64,000 nt of DNA from Candidatus Magasanikiibacteriota bacterium (GCA_041666745.1 JBAYGI010000005.1:7748-71747), one strand, 5' to 3'. Positions 39,345 to 50,148 are shown, counted from the stretch's first letter. Program-made: numbers and translations. Notes: generated from the letters alone by a model not told the origin.

Positions 39345-40103
39345 TTAATTGGATGTTCCGGTTATTACAATTGTGGCGGTATATTCACCGCTTTGTTGAA
39401 CATTTTGAGAGCCGGATTTTGCTTTTACTTTTATTGTGGTCGTAGCGACCGTCGGATCGTTTGAGCTGTCCGATGAGCTAACCTGTTCGTCGGTAGTCAA
39501 AAAATAATCCCAACATTTGTCTGCCGTGTCACTACCACCACTTTGGTTGCAAATACTGCCATTATCTAAATATTTCTGAACCAAATCCGCCCCTTCCGGT
39601 GTAAAACCGAAAGCTGATGAAGTTTCAGCCGAGCTCCATGTAAAATCTGAATTTACCCCAGCCGGATAATTTGGAAACGAACTTGATGCGGATTTTAATG
39701 CCGGATCAGTAGTGGATTTTATTTTCAAAGAATAACCCGCAGAATTATTGGTCAAAACACCGACTGCCAATGAACCGTTTGATTCTCCACCAGTTAAACC
39801 GCCAATACTTGATAAAACAACCGGACTACCACTTACCGACATTGTTAAAAAAGTACTTTGATCCATTTGCTGATAGCCCGCTCGCAATTTAAAATTTGTA
39901 CTAGTCGCTGAACCGCTGGCAATTTCACCCATCGTATCCTCTATTTTGTAATTTGTAGAAGTTCCTATCCCTCCAGCATTATTTACAGAATCAAACTGTA
40001 CACGATAGTTGGTACTGGACATCACATACGCAAAAACCGGCTGAGAAAATATCGCGGCTAATACTACCAACAAAATGAAGTATTTTAGGGAAAACTTTTT
40101 CAT
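39345..40103 (-). CDS. secreted beta-rich surface protein (paralog of 41150..41800)
   Basis: Signal peptide. Shared blocks GLTGGESNGS…YSLKIKSTTDPALKS…SSFPNY… and a C-terminal GEYTATIVITGTSN. Confidence 0.5.
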   Translation of the reverse strand: MKKFSLKYFILLVVLAAIFSQPVFAYVMSSTNYRVQFDSVNNAGGIGTSTNYKIEDTMGEIASGSATSTNFKLRAGYQQMDQSTFLTMSVSGSPVVLSSIGGLTGGESNGSLAVGVLTNNSAGYSLKIKSTTDPALKSASSSFPNYPAGVNSDFTWSSAETSSAFGFTPEGADLVQKYLDNGSICNQSGGSDTADKCWDYFLTTDEQVSSSDSSNDPTVATTTIKVKAKSGSQNVQQSGEYTATIVITGTSN

Positions 40104-40108
40104 ACTGT

Positions 40109-41086
40109 TTATTCTTGGTCTTTCCTTTTGATTTCAAAGTTTTCCTTAAACCAACCGTGAAGAAGTTTTAATAGACCAATCAAAATTAGGAATCCGGCAA
40201 CAATCGCAGTTACTACTTTCCATGGCAAAATCCAAAAATATACTGTTTTTGTATCTATAACATCTTGATACCCTCTATTCATCTGCAAAACTGCTTTATA
40301 AAACCCAAACATGAATTTCCTTTCTACCAGATAGTCTTTTTGACGTACCGATCCGGGCATTACAAAATATGGATTGACAACTTGTTCTTCTATTTTTGTG
40401 CCCAAACTATTGTAAACAGTCAAAATACCGTACGGATTTAAATATATATTACCGGTATTTTCGTATAAAGATTTGAATGGAATCTGTGGATCGGAATAAA
40501 ACTTGGCACTGGCATAAAAATCTTGCAATTGACCACTGGTTTTGATTTCCCCATTGACTCTCACAAAAAACAATGAAGCCAATCTAGAAATAACAGTGAT
40601 GTTTCCAGCCACCACTTCTGAACCAACCGCATTTGTAGTAGTTGCCGGCCTGGTAGTTACTATAACCGCACCATACAAACCACTAGGTTGGGCATCGCGC
40701 GGTATTTCGATTTTAATAGGAATAGTAATACGCTGGCCATGTTGCAAAGTAAATTCCGCTATTTCCGGATGTAAAAAATCTCGCAAAGAATAAGGGCCCT
40801 TTTCTGACCCCAATAACACCAATGGTTCTAGTGGATTTCTTGATCCAGCAAAGTCCTCTATTTCTATTTTGAAAGACATGTCTTGACCATAACGATTGGT
40901 CACTATTAAATTTTTTGCCGCCGAACCCCCCGGATCAAGTGATAGCTCTGTTTTTCCCGGACCGATTACATAATCACCAGCAACTGGCGTTGTTACTAAA
41001 TTTTCTATTTGTATAGCCAAAACTGGACGCGCAAAAAAACAGGCAAATATAAAAATAGCTAAAAAGATGATTTTTTTACAAAACAT
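40109..41086 (-). CDS. surface protein with C-terminal TM anchor (DUF916/DUF3324-like topology)
   Basis: Signal peptide, a beta-rich ectodomain, and a C-terminal TM followed by a KENFEIKRKDQE tail. Confidence 0.45.
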   Translation of the reverse strand: MFCKKIIFLAIFIFACFFARPVLAIQIENLVTTPVAGDYVIGPGKTELSLDPGGSAAKNLIVTNRYGQDMSFKIEIEDFAGSRNPLEPLVLLGSEKGPYSLRDFLHPEIAEFTLQHGQRITIPIKIEIPRDAQPSGLYGAVIVTTRPATTTNAVGSEVVAGNITVISRLASLFFVRVNGEIKTSGQLQDFYASAKFYSDPQIPFKSLYENTGNIYLNPYGILTVYNSLGTKIEEQVVNPYFVMPGSVRQKDYLVERKFMFGFYKAVLQMNRGYQDVIDTKTVYFWILPWKVVTAIVAGFLILIGLLKLLHGWFKENFEIKRKDQE

Positions 41087-41149
41087 ACATTAAATAAAAA
41101 CTACCTTTTGTATATAGATAGTTTATCATCATTATAGAAAAATTGCAAA

Positions 41150-41800
41150 TTAAAGTGTAGCTGCTGTGATTGTTATGGTAGCGGAATAACTACCGGATGG
41201 TTGACCCTTTGCATTGCCCACTTCTGCCTTATATCGAACAGTAGTGGTAACACCACTAACAGTGGTTTGAATACTTTTGGATGCTATTTGTGTCGCATTT
41301 GTACCGTCAAAACCTACAAAACAATGATCAAGTCCGATCACTGAACCAGGTGCGCCACAAGCACTAGCACCATCATTTTTAAACGCAGCCACAACATCGG
41401 TAGAAGTAACTGAAAAACCAAATTTTGCTTCAGCAGCGGCCACAGTCCAAGAGTAATCGGGAGTAGAGGTGGCAATATAATTAGCAAAAGAACTGTGTCC
41501 GTCAGCAGTCATGAGGGCTGGCGACGTTGTTGGAGTAAGAGTAAGAGTATAGCCATTGTAATTATTAGTTTTTACATTGCAATCCACATCGGCAGTTGCA
41601 GAGCCACCGGTTAAACCAGCTATGGTGCCTAAATTAGCCGTAGCGACCGGACAAGCTAATGATAATTCATCTGATACCGTCAAAGATACTGTGGTAGTAG
41701 AAACAGAAGAAGTAGCCAAAACCACATCAGCCTCCAAAGCCGCAAAAATCCCGTAGCTTAACAAGATTGCGATAACTGATAAAAACAAAACCTTTTTCAT
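41150..41800 (-). CDS. secreted beta-rich surface protein (paralog of 39345..40103)
   Basis: Signal peptide, GLTGGSATADVDCNVKTNNYNGYTLTLTPTTSPALMT…SSFANY…, and a C-terminal GSYSATITITAATL. Confidence 0.5.
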   Translation of the reverse strand: MKKVLFLSVIAILLSYGIFAALEADVVLATSSVSTTTVSLTVSDELSLACPVATANLGTIAGLTGGSATADVDCNVKTNNYNGYTLTLTPTTSPALMTADGHSSFANYIATSTPDYSWTVAAAEAKFGFSVTSTDVVAAFKNDGASACGAPGSVIGLDHCFVGFDGTNATQIASKSIQTTVSGVTTTVRYKAEVGNAKGQPSGSYSATITITAATL

Positions 41801-41874
41801 ATAAATACATTATACCACATATTCGATATTCTGTGATCAATACACAGGTGGATAATATGTGGATAAGAATATTT

Positions 41875-43503
41875 TTATTTCAAAGTCGCTTTAATTAGCC
41901 CGACAAATAGTGGGTGCGGATGTGTTGGGCGCGATTTTAATTCCGGATGAAACTGTGTTCCTACAAAAAATGGATGATTTTTTAATTCCACAATTTCTAC
42001 GAGATCTTTTTCTTTGTTAATACCAACCACCTTTAAACCGGCCTTATCCATCATTTCACGATATGCGTTGTTGAATTCATAGCGATGGCGATGGCGCTCG
42101 CTAATTTCTTTTATACCATACAATTTGGCTGTTTTACTGTCTGTTTCAAGTGAACAATCATAAGCCCCCAAACGCATTGTGCCACCATACCTGTTTTTAC
42201 TGACATTTTGAGCTTGCTGTTTGTTGATATGAATAATCAAATTTTTAGTTTTAGGATTTACTTCTATGGTATGCGCATCTTTTAAGCCCAATACATGGCG
42301 AGCGAATTCTACTGATGCCAATTGCATTCCATAGCACAAACCAAGATATGGCAAATTGTTTTCACGAGCAAATTGAATCGCCAATATTATACCTTCGATA
42401 CCGCGAGTACCAAATCCACCCGGGACAATCAAAGCATCATAATTGGACAGTTCCTTCAGTTTTTTTGCGTCTTTTTCATAATCTTCTGAATCAATCCACG
42501 CCATCTCTGCTTCCGCGCCCAAACTCCACGCCGCATGTTTTACCGCTTGAATTACTGAAATATATGAATCTGCCAAAGTAAAATCACCGGTAGCAAAGTA
42601 TTTACCAACGACAGCGACTTTGACTTTCTTTTTGGCTGACTTCATTTTGGTAATAAACTGATCCCATTCAGTGCTTTTGTGTCCTTTATCTAACTTAATT
42701 TTTAATCTCTTGGCCAACAAATGACCAAATTTTTGTTTTTCCAAAACTTCCGGTATATCATAAATACTCTCCACATCCGGGGCAGACACTACGTCTTCTT
42801 TTGATTGCATCCAACAAAAGAAAGCCAATTTTTCACGTCTAGGCTGATCCAATTCATGTTGACCGCGAGCCACAATGAAATCCGGTTGAATTCCACAATT
42901 ATTTAAAGTACGAGCGGCGTGTTGAGTTGGTTTGGTTTTCATTTCACCCAAATGAGAGGGTACCGGTAAATAACTCACTAGCACAAAAGCCACATCGTTT
43001 GGATTGTCCAATTTCATCATGCGAGCGGCGTCCAAAAACAAAATATTTTCATACTCACCTACTGTCCCGCCAATTTCGACTACCATAATATCCGCTTTGG
43101 TTTTTTCTGACGCGGCTTTGATACGAGCAATAATTTCCATTGGAATATGTGGCACTACCTGAACACAACGTCCTTTGTAACCCATATTGCGTTCTTTTTC
43201 AATCACACTAAGATAAACACGCCCAGTAGTCATATAGTTGGTGGAATACAAGTTGGTATCCAAAAATCTCTCATAATTACCGAGATCCTGATCGGTTTCA
43301 TCACCATCTTCAGTCACAAACACTTCACCGTGCTCGACCGGATTCATCGTGCCGGCATCTACATTGATATATGGATCAATTTTAATCGCTGAAACATTAA
43401 ATCCATAATTTTTAAAAATACGACCAATCGAAGCGGCGGTAATACCCTTGCCCACACCACTCAAAACACCTCCAATAATGAAAATATACTTTGTTTTACG
43501 CAT
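41875..43503 (-). CDS. pyrG: CTP synthase PyrG
   Basis: N-terminal KYIFIIGGVLSGVGKGI and a C-terminal glutamine amidotransferase domain. 542 aa. Confidence 0.9.
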   Translation of the reverse strand: MRKTKYIFIIGGVLSGVGKGITAASIGRIFKNYGFNVSAIKIDPYINVDAGTMNPVEHGEVFVTEDGDETDQDLGNYERFLDTNLYSTNYMTTGRVYLSVIEKERNMGYKGRCVQVVPHIPMEIIARIKAASEKTKADIMVVEIGGTVGEYENILFLDAARMMKLDNPNDVAFVLVSYLPVPSHLGEMKTKPTQHAARTLNNCGIQPDFIVARGQHELDQPRREKLAFFCWMQSKEDVVSAPDVESIYDIPEVLEKQKFGHLLAKRLKIKLDKGHKSTEWDQFITKMKSAKKKVKVAVVGKYFATGDFTLADSYISVIQAVKHAAWSLGAEAEMAWIDSEDYEKDAKKLKELSNYDALIVPGGFGTRGIEGIILAIQFARENNLPYLGLCYGMQLASVEFARHVLGLKDAHTIEVNPKTKNLIIHINKQQAQNVSKNRYGGTMRLGAYDCSLETDSKTAKLYGIKEISERHRHRYEFNNAYREMMDKAGLKVVGINKEKDLVEIVELKNHPFFVGTQFHPELKSRPTHPHPLFVGLIKATLK

Positions 43504-43539
43504 AAAACATTAGTTATTTATAATTAAATATTTAAAAGA

Positions 43540-43572
43540 AAAAATATAAACAAACTAAAAACGGACAGTGAT
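43540..43572 (-). terminator. bidirectional hairpin terminator after rplI
   Basis: AAAACGGACAGTGATACGTCCGTTTTTT. Confidence 0.45.
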
Positions 43573-43583
43573 ACGTCCGTTTT

Positions 43584-44030
43584 TTAGAGGGTTTCAACCC
43601 TGACCATGATCTGGGCCTCTAGACCGTGGTTTAACTTTACTTTTACTTTGTATTCTCCGGATTTTTTAATGTTTAAATTTTCAATCCGATTTTTTTCAAT
43701 TTTGAAACCACGTTTGTGGAGCTCCTGGGCTAGCCGCTGGGATCCTATCGAAGCGTATAAAATACCGGCCTCGCTCGCCTTTTCTTTGACTACAATCTCT
43801 ACTCCATCTAGACGTCCGGCCAAAGACTGCAATTCCTTCAACTCTTTCTCGGCTGATTTGACTTCTTTGTGCTTACGTTCGCTTAATTCTTTAATATTTT
43901 TTTCTAGGGCATGTACCGCTAGGTGCTTCGGGAACAAAAAATTGCGAGCATATCCTTCGCTTACTTCCGTGATTTCGTCTGCTTTCCCTACCCCTTTTAC
44001 ATCCTGTAATAAAACAACTTTCATAGCCAT
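43584..44030 (-). CDS. rplI: 50S ribosomal protein L9
   Basis: MAMKVVLLQDVKGVGKADEITEVSEGYARNFLFPKHLA. Confidence 0.8.
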   Translation of the reverse strand: MAMKVVLLQDVKGVGKADEITEVSEGYARNFLFPKHLAVHALEKNIKELSERKHKEVKSAEKELKELQSLAGRLDGVEIVVKEKASEAGILYASIGSQRLAQELHKRGFKIEKNRIENLNIKKSGEYKVKVKLNHGLEAQIMVRVETL

Positions 44031-44089
44031 CTTGCTTTTTCCTCTAAATTACGCTAGTATTATATCACTAATGAATTAAAACTGCAATT

Positions 44090-44974
44090 ATGACAAAAGT
44101 TAAACACATTGAAGAAAAACCGCTATTCAAATCCGGCTTTATCACCATGGTTGGCCGTTCCAATAGTGGCAAGTCCACTTTACTCAATACCTTGATTGGA
44201 ACTAAGATTGCGGCTGTAACTCACAAGCCACAAACTACCAGAGATATTATACACGGAGTATTGAATACTGTGCAAGGGCAGGCCATTTTTATTGACACCC
44301 CTGGTATTCTAAAAGAACGACACAATCCATTGGCCGGCAAACTTACTGAACGCGCGCAAGAAGCTCTAAAAGAAATTGATGAGATTTTGTATGTCGTAGA
44401 TCCAACCAAAGCAATCGGCGCGGAGGAAAGATTTATTTTATCTATTCTACGAAAATTGGAAGTTCCAAAAATTTTGGTACTCAACAAATGTGATCTTCCG
44501 GAAACAGAAAAATTATATTTGGAAGATTACAAACAATTATCCAATGAGTTTGATGCTACTTTTGAATTGTCAGCTCTTTTGAATCGCCATATTCAACCAT
44601 TGGTAGAAAAAGTATTTGAACTTTTACCGGAAGGAATACCGATGTATGAAGGTGATCAAATTACGAATATTGGCAAAGGAAAATGGGTAGCGGAAGTTAT
44701 TCGTGAAAAAATATTATTGGCTTTACGCAAAGAAGTACCATATAGCATAAATGTAGAGGTACGAAACATTGAAGAGAAGCCGGACATAATTGTAATCGAA
44801 GCGGTGATTTTGACTTCTGATGCCAGATACAAAAAAATGATTATTGGTGCCGGTGGAAGGGCAATAAAAGAAATAGGGATTGCGGCGCGCAAAGAATTGA
44901 CGACGGCTTTGAACAAAAAAATATATTTGGAATTGGAAGTGGAAACTGACAGACATTGGGAAGAACGCGCTTAA
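44090..44974 (+). CDS. era: GTPase Era
   Basis: G1 GRSNSGKST, G3 DTPG, G4 NKCD, and a C-terminal KH domain. Confidence 0.85.
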   Translation: MTKVKHIEEKPLFKSGFITMVGRSNSGKSTLLNTLIGTKIAAVTHKPQTTRDIIHGVLNTVQGQAIFIDTPGILKERHNPLAGKLTERAQEALKEIDEILYVVDPTKAIGAEERFILSILRKLEVPKILVLNKCDLPETEKLYLEDYKQLSNEFDATFELSALLNRHIQPLVEKVFELLPEGIPMYEGDQITNIGKGKWVAEVIREKILLALRKEVPYSINVEVRNIEEKPDIIVIEAVILTSDARYKKMIIGAGGRAIKEIGIAARKELTTALNKKIYLELEVETDRHWEERA

Positions 44975-44977
44975 CTT

Positions 44978-46285
44978 TTATTTTATAGTTGCTACTGGTT
45001 TTACTACGACTGGTTTTTTGTTTAAAACTTCCAAAGCTTTTTTAACCATCACATCCTCACCTATTTTTTCTTTGGACCAGTCCTCTTTTACTTCAATATC
45101 TGGTTTGATGCCTTGTTCGTTTATGTTTTTATTATTTGGGGTATACCATAGGGCGACGGTAATTTTTAATGATGATCCATCGGATAAATTTTCATACTCC
45201 TGTACCGATCCTTTACCGAAAGTTTTTGTACCGACTATGGTGGCTTTGTTGTGATCCTGCAAGGCACCAGCCAAGATTTCTGACGCGGAAGCCGAACCTT
45301 CATTTACCAAAACAACTGTCTTGATATTTTGTAATGGATGATCGCCGTATGTTTCGTGATTGTTGATATCGCCATTGCTATATTTTTCAGTGACAATTTT
45401 TCCATCAACTACCCATTTGCTAGCTACGTCTACGGCTGAATCCAGATAGCCTCCCGGATTATTTCTCAAATCAATAATCAATTTACTGATTTTTTTAGTT
45501 TGAATTTGTTTGATGTATTTTTCAAATTCAGGCAGAGTGTTTTGATTGAATTGCATAATGCGCAGATATGCAACATTTTTATTTTTTATCGAAAACATTA
45601 CGGATGGAATATTAATTTTCTCACGAATAATAGAAATTTCTTTGGTCTTGGTAAAACCATTGCGCATAATAGTCAAAACCACCGGTGTGCCGGCTTGACC
45701 GCGAATTTTTTGTACCGCTATCCCGGCATCCATACCAATGGTGATTGTTTTATCGATCGCATAAATTTTATCACCCGGCAACAATCCCGCTTTATCCGCC
45801 GGAGTACCCGGTAACGGGGCGATGACTACCAGCTCATTATTTTTAACCCCAACTTCCGCGCCTATACCGCTAAATTCACCATCTAAACTTTTATTAAATT
45901 CTTCAGCGGCTTTGGGTGGAAAATAAACAGTGTATGGATCCCCCACTCCCGCCGCCAATCCCTGCATCGCGCCATAAAAAAGATCTGAGTCCTTTACCGG
46001 TTGTTTGGCATATTTAGTTTTTACTTTTTGCCAAACTTCCCAAAACTGATTAAATTCAACATCTTTGGTTAAACTTTTATCGGTTGTAAAATTAATAATA
46101 TTTGTGCTCCAATCGCTATTTTCCGCCGCATTGGTTATTGGTCTTTTGATTGCCAAAAATTGACCGGCTAAAATTCCAAAACCAAACAATACCACCGCCA
46201 TGATTACACTAAAATATATACCCGCGTATTTACGAGCACGCGCTTTGGTTGGAGTGAGATTTTCTGCTTGCATATTTTTATTCAT
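44978..46285 (-). CDS. S41 family C-terminal processing peptidase (CtpA)
   Basis: TM anchor, PDZ domain, and S41 catalytic region VLVNEGSASASEILAGALQD. Confidence 0.8.
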   Translation of the reverse strand: MNKNMQAENLTPTKARARKYAGIYFSVIMAVVLFGFGILAGQFLAIKRPITNAAENSDWSTNIINFTTDKSLTKDVEFNQFWEVWQKVKTKYAKQPVKDSDLFYGAMQGLAAGVGDPYTVYFPPKAAEEFNKSLDGEFSGIGAEVGVKNNELVVIAPLPGTPADKAGLLPGDKIYAIDKTITIGMDAGIAVQKIRGQAGTPVVLTIMRNGFTKTKEISIIREKINIPSVMFSIKNKNVAYLRIMQFNQNTLPEFEKYIKQIQTKKISKLIIDLRNNPGGYLDSAVDVASKWVVDGKIVTEKYSNGDINNHETYGDHPLQNIKTVVLVNEGSASASEILAGALQDHNKATIVGTKTFGKGSVQEYENLSDGSSLKITVALWYTPNNKNINEQGIKPDIEVKEDWSKEKIGEDVMVKKALEVLNKKPVVVKPVATIK

Positions 46286-47582
46286 TGATAATTTTAATAT
46301 CCGCGCCTACGGAATTTAAAGTTTGATATAAATTTTCATAACCACGCTCGATCGCATAAGTATTTCTCAATACTGATTTACCGCTAGCCGCCAACATACA
46401 AATCAGGATATTGACCGCTGGCCGCAAAGCCGGTGGACAAATCACTTCATTGGCAATAAACTTCGTCGGACCTTCCACCCACAAACGATGCGCATCAAGC
46501 AAAGTTACATTAGCGCCAAGTTTTTGTAATTCCAACGCCAGGACAGCACGGTTTTCATAAGCCCAGTCATGAACCAAGGTACGCCCCTGCGCCTGTGTTA
46601 AAATCGGGATAAATAATGGCAAGTTGTCAATATTTAAACCCGGAAAAGGTCGCCCATAAATTTTATCTGACAAGGCCGATAGCACGCTTGGAATAATTTC
46701 GATATCTACCAAAGTAAATTTATCATTTTTGGATTTTCTTTCATTTTTTAGTTTATACTTTTGCCCCATCACTTCCAATTTGCATAATTCCAATTCCAAA
46801 AATTCCAATGGGCAACTTTTGATTGTAATGTTTGATCCGGTGGTAATAGCAACCGCAACATATGTCATGGCTACTATTGGATCCGGCATGATCGGATAAT
46901 TTTTTACCGGTTTTAATTGTTTTGTGCCATCTATTTCCAAAGTAGTTGTACTGATGCCTTTGATTTTGGCTCCGGCTTTGTTTAAAAAATAACACAGATC
47001 CTGAACCATATAATTGGCTGAGGCCATTTTGATGATGGTTTTTCCTTGAGCCAAAACGGCGGCCATGATAGTGTTTTCCGTAGTGGTATCTCCTGATTCA
47101 TACATTACAATTTTCGCGCCTTTCAACGGAGAGTTTTTTACAACGTAAAAACAATCTTTTGAAGCTACTTGCACGCCCAATTTTTCCAAAGCATACCAAT
47201 GTGGTCGAACTGTGCGTTCACCCAAATGACATCCGCCGGATTTTGGAATTTTGTATGATTTTACACGAGCCGCCAATGCTCCCCATAAAAAAATCGAGGC
47301 GCGTGTTTTTTGTGAAGCATTGGGATCTATTTTTTCCAAATTCAAATCACCCGATGCGTCCACTTCCAGCTTTCCTTTGCCAAGCCATTTTATTTTAACA
47401 CCGATACTTTGTAACAATTCAATAATTCTCTTGACTTCTTCGATTTCCGGCATATCCACCAAAGTCGTTTTACCTAAAATTGAAACACAAGCACACAAAA
47501 TAGCCACGGCCGAATTTTTGGCTGACTGATTTTCGATAGTACCCCGCAATTTTTTACCACCGTTTATTATTAGATAGGACAT
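46278..47582 (-). CDS. murA: UDP-N-acetylglucosamine 1-carboxyvinyltransferase MurA
   Basis: MSYLIINGGKKLRGTIENQSAKNSAVAILCA… with the EPSP-synthase fold. 434 aa. Confidence 0.85.
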   Translation of the reverse strand: MSYLIINGGKKLRGTIENQSAKNSAVAILCACVSILGKTTLVDMPEIEEVKRIIELLQSIGVKIKWLGKGKLEVDASGDLNLEKIDPNASQKTRASIFLWGALAARVKSYKIPKSGGCHLGERTVRPHWYALEKLGVQVASKDCFYVVKNSPLKGAKIVMYESGDTTTENTIMAAVLAQGKTIIKMASANYMVQDLCYFLNKAGAKIKGISTTTLEIDGTKQLKPVKNYPIMPDPIVAMTYVAVAITTGSNITIKSCPLEFLELELCKLEVMGQKYKLKNERKSKNDKFTLVDIEIIPSVLSALSDKIYGRPFPGLNIDNLPLFIPILTQAQGRTLVHDWAYENRAVLALELQKLGANVTLLDAHRLWVEGPTKFIANEVICPPALRPAVNILICMLAASGKSVLRNTYAIERGYENLYQTLNSVGADIKIINE

Positions 47583-47682
47583 AGCTTACGCCTTTATTTT
47601 TTTATCATTTTATACTATACTACAAATAATAAAATTTTGCAAACTCAAATTTTAGTTAATTCTGGCTTAAATAACGATATAT

Positions 47683-49032
47683 ATGGAATATCCCGGAACA
47701 AATTTTACTCGCCCTTGGAGATTGGCTTTCCTAGCCTTTTTTATTGTTGCTTTTCTGATTTTTTCCCCACTTTTGATTTTATATACCTCCGGCTACCGTT
47801 ATGATTTTACCAATGGCATTATTCAAGAAACCGGAGCAATCAGTATCGACGTCCTACCCAAAAACACCACGGCTTATCTAAACGATGCCAAGTTAAATAT
47901 TAAAATCCCCATTCGATTAAAAAACTTAGCGAGAGGTAAATATAAAATCAAATTAACCGCCGATGGATTTTATGATTGGGAAAAAGAAGTTATAGTGGAA
48001 AACAAACAAACAGTATACATCAAAGAAATCAAGCTGATTCAAAAGTCAAAACCGCAAAAAATTTCTGATAACAAAATCGACAAGCTATATCTTGCCGGTA
48101 GTGATAATTTTATTATTTACAAAACCATTGATAACCCAACGGTATTTTGGTTGAGAGATTTAAACCAAAACAGTGAAGCGCCGATTGTTCGAGGAACTGC
48201 CGGAAAAAATTATCAAGTAAGTTGGTCAAATTCGAAAAATAATTTCGCGATGATTTCCAGTGATGATCTGTCGGAGATATATGTGATTGATGCCGATAAG
48301 CCCGAACTAATGTGGAATTTGGCTAAGGAAGAAAAAAATAAAATTACAAAAATTCAATGGGGTAATTCTCCTCAGTTGGAAATATTTTATTCTACCAAAA
48401 ATCAACTATCAATTATAAGCGCAACCAATAAACAAAAAACAACTATCGGCAAAAATATTTTTATAGATTGGTTTGTGGAAAATGATCAAATTTGGACACT
48501 GCAAAATTCTTCATCGACCGATCAAATCGATATTACCAAAGATACTTTTGGTTTTTCTAAAATCCTAAATCAGCTAAGCGGCATTTCAAATAATAACAAA
48601 GAAATAGTTTGGCAGATTGTCAGCGCAAAAGATGACCTCATTTTATTAAAAAAATCCGGCCTGTCAGACATGATATTATTCAACCATGATAAACAATTTT
48701 CCATCGTCGGTGACAAATTCCTACCTTCCAATTTCAATAACTGGTGGATAATTTGGACACCTTGGGAAATAACCACCTACAGCCAAGGTGAGGATCCATT
48801 TTTATTAAACCGCTCCGGTGAACAATTGCAAAAAGTAATCGTGCTGGATGAATACAACACTTTGGGTTTGATCTGGGCGGACAAAATGACCGCACTTTTC
48901 CCATATTATTTTGTTAGTCACAATTTAATAAACAATAAGATCAACGATGCGGTAGCTGATAGCGAAAAAAGAGAACTGTATTTCAGCGCAAACATCGACA
49001 ACCAAGATGGTTTGTGGAAAATAAAACATTAA
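47683..49032 (+). CDS. hypothetical membrane-anchored protein (PEGA-like N-terminal domain plus beta-rich region)
   Basis: 449 aa with one N-terminal TM. No catalytic motifs. Confidence 0.35.
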   Translation: MEYPGTNFTRPWRLAFLAFFIVAFLIFSPLLILYTSGYRYDFTNGIIQETGAISIDVLPKNTTAYLNDAKLNIKIPIRLKNLARGKYKIKLTADGFYDWEKEVIVENKQTVYIKEIKLIQKSKPQKISDNKIDKLYLAGSDNFIIYKTIDNPTVFWLRDLNQNSEAPIVRGTAGKNYQVSWSNSKNNFAMISSDDLSEIYVIDADKPELMWNLAKEEKNKITKIQWGNSPQLEIFYSTKNQLSIISATNKQKTTIGKNIFIDWFVENDQIWTLQNSSSTDQIDITKDTFGFSKILNQLSGISNNNKEIVWQIVSAKDDLILLKKSGLSDMILFNHDKQFSIVGDKFLPSNFNNWWIIWTPWEITTYSQGEDPFLLNRSGEQLQKVIVLDEYNTLGLIWADKMTALFPYYFVSHNLINNKINDAVADSEKRELYFSANIDNQDGLWKIKH

Positions 49033-49038
49033 AAAAAT

Positions 49039-49437
49039 ATGAAACTAACTACTTTTACAGATGGCGGAGCGCGTGGCAACCCGGGACCGGCAGCAACCGG
49101 CGTGGTAATAAAAGATGAAAATAATCTTACCTTGGACGCCTACGGTGAATACCTTGGGGAACAAACAAATAATTTCGCCGAGTATTCCGCTTTGATCTCC
49201 GCGTTAAAACGAGCCAAAGAATTGGGTGCTACCGAAGTGGAATGCGTTTTGGATAGCGAATTGGTTACCAAACAAATGCAAGGTTTTTATAAAGTGCGCG
49301 AACCCGGTCTACAGAAATTATTCATTCAGGCATACAATGCGGCGGCACAATTCAAAAAAGTAAAATATCGACACACGATGCGAGAAAACAACAAAGAAGC
49401 GGATGCTCAAGTAAATAAAATATTGGATAATCAATAA
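49039..49437 (+). CDS. ribonuclease H
   Basis: TDGGARGNPGPAATGVV…NNFAEYSALISALKRA…, the RNase H catalytic DEDD-type fold. 132 aa. Confidence 0.7.
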   Translation: MKLTTFTDGGARGNPGPAATGVVIKDENNLTLDAYGEYLGEQTNNFAEYSALISALKRAKELGATEVECVLDSELVTKQMQGFYKVREPGLQKLFIQAYNAAAQFKKVKYRHTMRENNKEADAQVNKILDNQ

Positions 49438-49486
49438 TAAAAAAATACCACAGTTCAAATCTGTGGTATTTTATTTACTGTTGTTC

Positions 49487-50125
49487 TTATTGATTGGTAC
49501 TGGTACTAACAGGGGCTGGAATGGTGGTTGTGGCGGAAATAGCACTTTGCATTTTATCTACTGCGGCTTTTTTGGCGGCGACATACACATCTTCGGCTGC
49601 CTTCTTTGAAGCATTCAACTTATCCAGCGCTGCTTTCTTGGCTACTTTAAAAACTTCTTTTGCAGCAGTTTTTTCTGCAGTTGTTTTCGCAGAAATCAAA
49701 GCTGTTTTTAAATTTGCGTTAGCGACAGCCAAAGCGGCATTATATTCTTTTTTTGCAATATTTATAGCTACATCTTTTGCTTTTTTGGCCGCATTAAAAG
49801 CGGCGTTCTTGATTTTGGTTGCTTCATTTTTTGCTTTTATTTTCGCGACTAATTCATCTTTTTTTGCTTTTAACCTATCTGCCAAATTCTTTTTTTCGAT
49901 TTTCAATTTTTCTATTTGAGCTTTTTTTTCAGCATTAACTTTTTCTATCGCTTCTTTTTTTTCTGTTTTAATTTGAACTACTTTGCCTTTTGCGTCTTTC
50001 TTTACTTCTTTGATAGAAGTCTGAATATTCTTCAAATTTGTAGTAGTGATATTTTCTTGAGCGAGAGCTGGTACGGCTGACAATATTAAACCGGCAATAA
50101 TTAATGTATATAATTTTTTTTGCAT
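49487..50125 (-). CDS. secreted Lys/Ala-rich coiled-coil protein
   Basis: Signal peptide and low-complexity KAKxxEAxK repeats. Confidence 0.35.
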   Translation of the reverse strand: MQKKLYTLIIAGLILSAVPALAQENITTTNLKNIQTSIKEVKKDAKGKVVQIKTEKKEAIEKVNAEKKAQIEKLKIEKKNLADRLKAKKDELVAKIKAKNEATKIKNAAFNAAKKAKDVAINIAKKEYNAALAVANANLKTALISAKTTAEKTAAKEVFKVAKKAALDKLNASKKAAEDVYVAAKKAAVDKMQSAISATTTIPAPVSTSTNQ

Positions 50126-50148
50126 ATGATTAATAACTATTTTAAAAA

